DNA of 64,000 nucleotides from assembly GCA_030153785.1 (NCBI GenBank), contig JASKLF010000007.1, forward strand, positions 31,899 to 95,898, in the 5' to 3' direction. How positions within the stretch are numbered: position 1 is the stretch's first letter; every line of letters starts with the position of its first letter. The notes beneath the pieces are model-generated. The model saw only the letters and a list, made by a program, of their open reading frames with translations. It was not told the DNA's origin and ran no database searches. Positions 57,702 through 64,000 of the stretch are shown here, in pieces. Source of the stretch: a bacterium. Its GTDB lineage: Bacteria; Synergistota; GBS-1. The position numbers were made by a program, and so were the translations under genes.

Positions 57702-59600
57702 GTGAAAGAGCATGTGAGGTTCAAGGTAGCCTCGAAGGGAGTTTCAGCGACGGAGAACGTAGAAGAGCTTTTAGAGAAAGCCGAAAGGGAAGGCATAGAA
57801 ACCGCATGGCATAGATTTATAGAACAGCAACCCCAATGTGGATTTGGTTTACTTGGAATATGCTGTAGAAACTGCGCTATGGGACCGTGTAGAATAGACC
57901 CGTTTGAATCGGGAGCATCAAAGGGAGTTTGTGGAGCCAACGCTGATACCATAGTTGCGAGAAACATAGTAAGGATGATAGCTGCAGGTTCGGCTGCCCA
58001 CAGCGACCATGCACGAGATATAAACCATGTGTTTAAGTCCGTAACCCGAGGAGAAAACAATTATTACAAGCTTACCGACAGGGAAAAGCTAAAAAGCTTG
58101 GCAAGCGCCCTCGGTATAGAAACGGAAGACAAAGACATAACCGATATCGGAAATCAGGTAGCGGAAATTCTGGAGGCAGAGTTCGGCAAACAAGACGACG
58201 AGCCATTAAGGCTACTTAAAGCCCTCGCTCCTAAGAGGAGATACGAAACGTGGGAAAAGCTGAACCTTCTCCCGAGAGCGATAGACAGGGAGATATGCGA
58301 ATGCATGCACAGAACCACGATGGGAGTGGATGCCGACCCTGTTAGCCTTCTTCTTCACGGCGTTAGAACCGCCTTAAGCGATGGATGGAGCGGTTCCATG
58401 ATGGCAACGTATCTTAGCGATATCCTGTTTGGGACACCAAAACCGATTACATCCTCCGCCAACCTCGGTGTGCTCAAGGAAAACATGGTAAATATAATCC
58501 TTCACGGCCACAACCCCATACTTTCAGCAAAGATAGCTGAAATTGCCACAAGCGATGAGATGCAGAACCTCGCCAAGGAGAGAGGAGCCGAAGGAATAAA
58601 TGTGGCAGGGATATGTTGCACCGGCAACGAGGTCCTGATGAGAATGGGAATACCCCTGGCAGGCAACTTCTTAATGCAGGAACTTGCAATTATAACCGGA
58701 GCAGTTGAAGCTATGATAGTAGACTATCAGTGTCTGATGCCAGCTTTGGCAGATGTAGCAAGCTGTTATCATACTAAATTGATAACTACGGAATCTAAGG
58801 CGAGAATCCCCGGCGCAAAGCATATGGAATTTAACCCTGAAAGGGCAGACGAACTGGCGAAGGAGATAATAAAGATGGCCATAGATAACTATCCCAATCG
58901 AATTAAGGAAAAGGTATTTATACCTAAAGGAGAGATGGACCTCATGGCAGGATTCAGCGTAGAGGCAATACTCAATGCCCTTGGGGGAAGCCTTGAGCCC
59001 CTTATAAACGCTATCGAAGATGGGACGATAAAGGGAATAGTGGGGGTAGTAGGCTGTAATAACCCAAGGGTTATCCACAATAACAGTCATGTCACGCTCA
59101 CAAAGGAGCTAATCAAAAGGGACATCTTGGTGGTTGGAACAGGATGCTGGGGAATAGCCGCCGGTATGCATGGCTTATTAAGTTTAAAGGCCATAGATGA
59201 GGCAGGCCCGGGGCTCAAAAGGGTTTGCGAAAGCTTGAACATTCCTCCATGCCTCCACATGGGTTCCTGTGTGGACTGCTCAAGGATACTCATAGCATTA
59301 GGAGCCTTAGCTGACGCCCTTGGAGTAGACATACCCGATTTACCCGTTGCAGGCTCCGCACCAGAATGGATGAGCGAAAAAGCCGTATCCATAGGAACTT
59401 ACTTCGTTGCAAGCGGGGTACTCACTCACCTGGGGGTTATCCCACCCGTATTAGGAAGTCAAAGGGTTACTAAAATACTAACCGAGGAGGTAGAGAGCAT
59501 ACTCGGAGGGAAATTCTATGTGGAGCCCGACCCCGTAAAAGCCGCCTCTACTCTCTATAATTACATATTAAATAAAAGGAAGAAACTCGGTCTATCATGA
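57702..59600 (+). CDS. cooS: Anaerobic Ni,Fe carbon monoxide dehydrogenase catalytic subunit
   Basis: D/B-cluster PQCGFG..GICCRNCAMGPC..VCGA; C-cluster ligands HGHNP, GICCTG, DYQC, GCNN, TGCW and GSCVDC; HSDH and SEKA catalytic residues. Confidence 0.96.
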   Translation: MKEHVRFKVASKGVSATENVEELLEKAEREGIETAWHRFIEQQPQCGFGLLGICCRNCAMGPCRIDPFESGASKGVCGANADTIVARNIVRMIAAGSAAHSDHARDINHVFKSVTRGENNYYKLTDREKLKSLASALGIETEDKDITDIGNQVAEILEAEFGKQDDEPLRLLKALAPKRRYETWEKLNLLPRAIDREICECMHRTTMGVDADPVSLLLHGVRTALSDGWSGSMMATYLSDILFGTPKPITSSANLGVLKENMVNIILHGHNPILSAKIAEIATSDEMQNLAKERGAEGINVAGICCTGNEVLMRMGIPLAGNFLMQELAIITGAVEAMIVDYQCLMPALADVASCYHTKLITTESKARIPGAKHMEFNPERADELAKEIIKMAIDNYPNRIKEKVFIPKGEMDLMAGFSVEAILNALGGSLEPLINAIEDGTIKGIVGVVGCNNPRVIHNNSHVTLTKELIKRDILVVGTGCWGIAAGMHGLLSLKAIDEAGPGLKRVCESLNIPPCLHMGSCVDCSRILIALGALADALGVDIPDLPVAGSAPEWMSEKAVSIGTYFVASGVLTHLGVIPPVLGSQRVTKILTEEVESILGGKFYVEPDPVKAASTLYNYILNKRKKLGLS

Positions 59601-60376
59601 AAATACTGATAGCCGGAAAGGGCGGAGTTGGTAAGACCACGATCTCCGCCCTTTTATCCCTTGAGCTTTCAGAAAGGGGTTACAACGTTTTAGCATTAGA
59701 CACCGATTCGGTCCCCAATTTAGCCATGAGCTTAGGCATTCCTTCTAAGGAAGCAGAAGGCATCGTTCCCATCTCAAAAGACGAAAAGCTGATCGAGGAG
59801 AAAACGGGAGCTAACCCAGGAAGCGGATGGGGGTCCCTATTTTCCCTAACTCCCAAGGTAGATGATATTATCGAAAGACGCTGTGTGAAAATAAAGGAAA
59901 ACCTCAAGCTCTTGGTTGTAGGAAGTATAGATCAAAGCAAAGAAGGCTGTTTATGCCCTGCAATCGCCTTAGCAAAAGCCCTTTTAAGACATATTCTATT
60001 AAAGGAAAGAGATGTAATCATAGTCGATAGCGAAGCGGGCGCCGAAGTTTTCGGAAGAGGATTAGCGGAGAGGTTCAGCGCCATGGTTTGCGTCTCAGAA
60101 CCCACCTACAAATCCATTAAGATATCCAAAAAGCTTTTGGAGATGGGAAAGGAATTGAAGATAGCAAATAGAGTCCTTTTAATAAACAAGGTTCAAAAGG
60201 AAAACTTAGAAAGCCTTAACAGGTTTTCTTTGAGCCCTTACCTCATGATCGAGTTCGACCGAAACGTTAAAAAGATTGACGAAGAGGGGAAACCGCTAAC
60301 GGAGATACCTATCGATTCTCCCATACGAAAGGGAATTAGCTTACTTGCCGAAAAGCTCTTGGAGGCGGGCCAATGA
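59597..60376 (+). CDS. cooC: CODH nickel-insertion ATPase
   Basis: GKGGVGKT, GCLCP (CxC), D.EAG.E.FGRG. Confidence 0.92.
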   Translation: MKILIAGKGGVGKTTISALLSLELSERGYNVLALDTDSVPNLAMSLGIPSKEAEGIVPISKDEKLIEEKTGANPGSGWGSLFSLTPKVDDIIERRCVKIKENLKLLVVGSIDQSKEGCLCPAIALAKALLRHILLKERDVIIVDSEAGAEVFGRGLAERFSAMVCVSEPTYKSIKISKKLLEMGKELKIANRVLLINKVQKENLESLNRFSLSPYLMIEFDRNVKKIDEEGKPLTEIPIDSPIRKGISLLAEKLLEAGQ

Positions 60377-60849
60377 ACAACACAAAAAGGGCGAAAGAGC
60401 TTGAGGAAATTATCCTAAAACATTCCTCACCCGCAGGAAGAATCCTAAGCATATTAGAGGAGATTCAAGAAAGGGAAGGATATCTATCCAAGGAATCTTT
60501 AAAGTACATCTCAAAAAGACTTAACATCCCCCTTGCGGATCTTTACAGCCTTGTAACCTTCTACTCCTTCTTCAACTTGGAAAGGGGAGGGAAGCATACC
60601 ATCACAGTATGTATGGGAACAGCATGCTATGTAAAGGGAGCGCCCAAAATAATAGAAGAATTAGAAAGACGGCTTGGAATAAAAGAGGGAGAGACCACAT
60701 CGGATGGCATTTTCACCATTAAAAGCGCAAGATGCTTCGGAGCCTGTAGCATGGCCCCCGTAGTAAGGATTAACGAGAGAATCTATGGTTATGTATTCCC
60801 GGAAAGCCTCCCCTCCCTTCTTAAGCTTTATGGATGGAAGGAAAAATGA
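60373..60849 (+). CDS. NuoE/HydC-like [2Fe-2S] subunit
   Basis: TFYSFF, VCMGTACYVKG, RCFGACSMAP. Confidence 0.9.
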   Translation: MNNTKRAKELEEIILKHSSPAGRILSILEEIQEREGYLSKESLKYISKRLNIPLADLYSLVTFYSFFNLERGGKHTITVCMGTACYVKGAPKIIEELERRLGIKEGETTSDGIFTIKSARCFGACSMAPVVRINERIYGYVFPESLPSLLKLYGWKEK

Positions 60850-62534
60850 AGATAAGAAGTTTAGAAGACTTAGAGGAGATAGCCCACAGGGGAATCCAAA
60901 AGATTAAAGGAGAAAAAATAAGAATAGCGGTAGGGCTTGGAACCTGCGGGATAGCCACGGGAGCCGATTATGTCTACACATACTTTGAGAACGCAATCAA
61001 AGATTTAACCGAAAGGGTATTTTTAACAAAGGTAGGATGCTTTGGATATTGTAGCGAGGAGCCCTTGGTTAAGGTTACCATCCCGGGGAAGCCTTTAACG
61101 ATACTCTCTAAAGTTAACCCAGAGGAAACGGAGGAAATATTAAGGGCGGTATTATCAGGCGAGATTCCCGACAAAAAAGCCCTTTGCAAAATCGAGGAGT
61201 GGAACCATATAACAGAATATATGGTTTACGGAAAAGGGCTTGCAAATATACCTTCTTACAGCGACCTACCTTTCTTCAGAGGCCAGCTAAAGCTCGTTTT
61301 AAGAAATGCCGGTTTAATAAATCCCGAGGACTTAGAGGAGTATATCGCAATAGGAGGATACAAATCTCTACATAAGGCGCTAAACATGAAACCTGAAGAG
61401 GTCATAGAAGAAGTTAAAAGGGCAGGTCTTCGAGGAAGGGGAGGAGCCGGCTTCCCAACGGGATTAAAATGGGAAATCACCGCTAAAAATGAGAGCGATG
61501 AAAAATATGTGATATGCAACGCCGATGAGGGAGACCCCGGTGCCTACATGAACCGAAACGAGCTTGAAAGCGACCCTCACGCGGTAATAGAGGGCATGAT
61601 CATAGGAGGCTATGCCATAGGAGCAAAGGAGGGAATTATATATATAAGGGCCGAATACCCCCTTGCCATAAAAAGAATAGAAACCGCGATAAAACAAGCA
61701 AGGGAGTATGGCCTTCTTGGGGAAAACATATTTGGAAGCAATTTCAGCTTTGATATAAAGATAGTTAAGGGAGCAGGTGCCTTCGTGTGTGGCGAGGAGA
61801 CAGCAATGATCGCCTCCATAGAGGGCAAAACGGGAAGACCACGCCCACGGCCTCCCTTTCCAGCTGAAAAGGGCCTTTGGGGAAAGCCAACCAGCATAAA
61901 CAACGTGGAAACGTGGTGCAATATCCCAATAATATTGGCGATGGGAGGAGAAAGATTTTCCAAGGTAGGAAAAGAAAACAACGCGGGAACGAAGGTTTTT
62001 TCCTTAGTGGGAGAAGTTAAAAGAATAGGACTTGTGGAAGTTCCTCTCGGAACGAAGCTAAAGACCATAGTTCACGATATCGGAGGAGGCTCACCGAGCG
62101 GTTTGAAAGTGAAGGCGGTTCAAATAGGAGGACCATCGGGAGGTTGCATTCCAGAGGAAGGCTTCGATACTCCGATAGACTATGAAAGCTTAAGGGATTT
62201 AGGTACAATAATGGGCTCGGGTGGAATGGTGGTAATGAGCGAGAAGACCTCCATGGTGGAAACAGCCTTATTTTTCATAGGATTTACAAGTGAAGAGTCC
62301 TGTGGCAAATGCACCCCCTGCAGAGAAGGGCTAAAGCAGATGCTCCACATTCTTCATAAAATACTGAGCAGAAGGGGCTCCGAGGAAGACCTAAAACTCC
62401 TTGAAGAGCTTTCCATGACAATTCAAACCACATCTTTATGCGGACTTGGAAAGACAGCACCAAATCCCGTTTTAACAACGCTACGATACTTCAGGGAGGA
62501 GTATGAAGGGCTGATTAACGATGGTAAAGATTAA
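60846..62534 (+). CDS. NuoF/HydB-like FMN/NAD(P)H-binding subunit without the C-terminal ferredoxin domain
   Basis: GRGGAGFPTG.KW, CNADEGDPGA, GAGAFVCGEET, GGPSGG, ESCGKCTPCREG, LCGLG; protein ends shortly after FREEY. Confidence 0.9.
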   Translation: MKIRSLEDLEEIAHRGIQKIKGEKIRIAVGLGTCGIATGADYVYTYFENAIKDLTERVFLTKVGCFGYCSEEPLVKVTIPGKPLTILSKVNPEETEEILRAVLSGEIPDKKALCKIEEWNHITEYMVYGKGLANIPSYSDLPFFRGQLKLVLRNAGLINPEDLEEYIAIGGYKSLHKALNMKPEEVIEEVKRAGLRGRGGAGFPTGLKWEITAKNESDEKYVICNADEGDPGAYMNRNELESDPHAVIEGMIIGGYAIGAKEGIIYIRAEYPLAIKRIETAIKQAREYGLLGENIFGSNFSFDIKIVKGAGAFVCGEETAMIASIEGKTGRPRPRPPFPAEKGLWGKPTSINNVETWCNIPIILAMGGERFSKVGKENNAGTKVFSLVGEVKRIGLVEVPLGTKLKTIVHDIGGGSPSGLKVKAVQIGGPSGGCIPEEGFDTPIDYESLRDLGTIMGSGGMVVMSEKTSMVETALFFIGFTSEESCGKCTPCREGLKQMLHILHKILSRRGSEEDLKLLEELSMTIQTTSLCGLGKTAPNPVLTTLRYFREEYEGLINDGKD

Positions 62535-63315
62535 GATAAACGATCAGAATCTTTATGCCCGAGAGGGGGAAAACATACTCAAGCTGGCCTTAAAAGAGGG
62601 TATAGATATACCTCACCTATGTTATCACGAGATATTCGAGGAACCCTATGGAGCGTGCAGATTATGCATCGTCGAAGTCATAAAAGATGATGAGAGATTT
62701 ATAACCACATCTTGCACATTGCAGGCTCAGAATGGATTAGAAATACTGACCCAATCTCCAGAGGTAGTGAAACATCGAAAAATCTTGCTTGAGCTTTACT
62801 TGGCTCAGGCTCCGAATGCGGAGAACATAAAAAAGCTTGCAGAAAAATATGGTATCGAGAAATCCAGGTTTCCAAAGAGAGCCTTCGTCACGGACCATCT
62901 TAACGGAAAGTGTATATTGTGCGGACTTTGCATAAGAGTCTGTGGGGAAGTCATGAAAGCGGGGGTAATAAACTACATAGGGCGTGGACCATCCACTAAG
63001 ATAAATACCCCATTCTTCGAGGAAAATCCTGACTGCCTGGGTTGCCTGGCGTGTGTAAACATATGCCCCACGGAAGCCGTCTCCGCGGAAGAGGTCGAAA
63101 ATAGAAAGATTTTAAAATCGTGGAGTGAAACCAAGGTAAAGATGAAGGAATGTAAAAACTGCGGAAGCTTATTTACCACTTACCCCCTGTGGGAAAAAAC
63201 CAAATCGCTCTTAATGGAAATGGATACGGAACTTGAAGAGCTATGCCCGAATTGCAAAAGGGAGCTTTTAATCAAAAAGCTAACGAAAAACCTTCCTCTT
63301 CCTAAACCTTACTAA
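62521..63315 (+). CDS. NuoG/HydA N-terminal-like Fe-S protein with no catalytic domain
   Basis: IPHLC..GACRLC..SC ([2Fe-2S]), CILCGLCIRVC, CLGCLACVNICP, C-terminal CKNC...CPNC. Confidence 0.85.
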   Translation: MVKIKINDQNLYAREGENILKLALKEGIDIPHLCYHEIFEEPYGACRLCIVEVIKDDERFITTSCTLQAQNGLEILTQSPEVVKHRKILLELYLAQAPNAENIKKLAEKYGIEKSRFPKRAFVTDHLNGKCILCGLCIRVCGEVMKAGVINYIGRGPSTKINTPFFEENPDCLGCLACVNICPTEAVSAEEVENRKILKSWSETKVKMKECKNCGSLFTTYPLWEKTKSLLMEMDTELEELCPNCKRELLIKKLTKNLPLPKPY

Positions 63316-63655
63316 CCATGGCAAAAAGCTCTAAAGGTTCATCTCCTATATTCCTTATGCCATGGTAAAATCCGCTTCTCGTCAAAACCATATCGCCCGA
63401 CTTTACCTCACTAATCTCTCCATTATCGTTAACCTCTCCCCTGCCCTTAAGTATGAGGTAAACCTCTTCCTCCCCCACATGCTGATGATAACCAATCGAG
63501 GAACCGGGCGGAATGGTAATTCTCATTACTCTCAAGGCTCCAGGTTCATCCCTCTCCTCGTTAAGGAAGTAGCTCACATAAATCTTGCCTTCCCCACCCC
63601 TGAAGCTTTCCCTCTCGACCGGTTGACTCCTCTCCTCATCTCTAACGAGCATCAA
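63302..63655 (-). CDS. Cupin domain protein
   Basis: PGSSIGYHQH..EEEVY and GD......G.YHGIRN cupin motifs. Confidence 0.85.
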   Translation of the reverse strand: MMLVRDEERSQPVERESFRGGEGKIYVSYFLNEERDEPGALRVMRITIPPGSSIGYHQHVGEEEVYLILKGRGEVNDNGEISEVKSGDMVLTRSGFYHGIRNIGDEPLELFAMVSKV

Positions 63656-63675
63656 ACATCCCCCCTTTCTTAAAA

Positions 63676-63897
63676 TTATAGCAAAGCCTTAAGGAGCTCC
63701 TCCAGCTCTCCCAAAGTCCTTGCTTTCATTATTAACTCCTTTACCTCCTTAAGCTTTTCCACATCCTCCACACCCTTCAGCTTTTCCAGAAAGAGCTTGC
63801 CCTCGTTGCCAAACTTCAGGGAAAGCCACAAGTCGATGACCTCAAGGAGAGTGTCTCTTAAACCCTTGTTTATATTATACTTCTCCTCTTCAGACAT
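63676..63897 (-). CDS. Small protein resembling the C-terminal domain of Rpn/PD-(D/E)XK putative transposases
   Basis: GLRDTLLEVIDLWLSLKFGNEG...VEDVEKLKEVKELI..A.TLGEL; own GGAGGGG SD before ATG 63897. Confidence 0.55.
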   Translation of the reverse strand: MSEEEKYNINKGLRDTLLEVIDLWLSLKFGNEGKLFLEKLKGVEDVEKLKEVKELIMKARTLGELEELLKALL

Positions 63898-64000
63898 CGA
63901 AACCCCTCCTTCAAAGTACATGCTTCGCCCCCCTGAACTTCATTATATCAAAGAGGCAATCAGGATTTCAACGAAATAGCATGAAGAAACAATTTTTGCA

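Noticed and set aside
60373..63315. Respiratory complex I or an [FeFe]-hydrogenase
   Set aside because: No membrane nuo subunits, and the G-like protein has neither H-cluster motifs nor a molybdopterin domain.

Overview
A gene-dense, repeat-poor 64 kb chromosomal segment from what looks like a thermophilic, anaerobic, peptide-fermenting bacterium. This is inferred from bacterial SD and sigma70-type promoters, peptidoglycan genes, many Fe-S enzymes and E/K-rich proteins; the taxon cannot be fixed from sequence alone. No CRISPR array, rRNA, integrase or intact IS was seen. Main blocks: (1) an ODP di-iron sensor with a soluble chemoreceptor. (2) A proline/hydroxyproline region: FAH-family dehydratase, glycyl-radical HypD plus activase, NSS transporter with an unannotated MetS-type small subunit, and a five-gene dye-linked proline/hydroxyproline dehydrogenase operon behind a structured leader with a Pro-rich uORF. 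(3) An operon of 2-hydroxyacid dehydrogenase, proline racemase, RraA/HMG aldolase, LarA-family racemase and DgoK-like kinase. (4) CopB, tRNA-Pro(GGG) and rsmA. (5) A divergent gltA-gntR / acn-icd locus with twin palindromic operators. (6) A leaderless HEPN-MNT pair. (7) A peptide ABC transporter. (8) A ugd-uxs-GT2-GT-C-flippase lipid-linked (xylose?) glycosylation cassette with an internally deleted methyltransferase. (9) Housekeeping genes (thiN, ftsK, tldD, yqeH, mltG). (10) An orphan XRE/ImmA pair. (11) A cooF-cooS-cooC CO dehydrogenase operon continuing directly into a NuoEFG/HydCBA-like diaphorase module whose beta subunit lacks the ferredoxin-reducing arm. The best candidates for undescribed biology are the CODH-diaphorase complex, the hydroxyproline gene set, the racemase/aldolase operon and the Pro-rich leader. 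All functional calls come from motif recognition; no database search was run.
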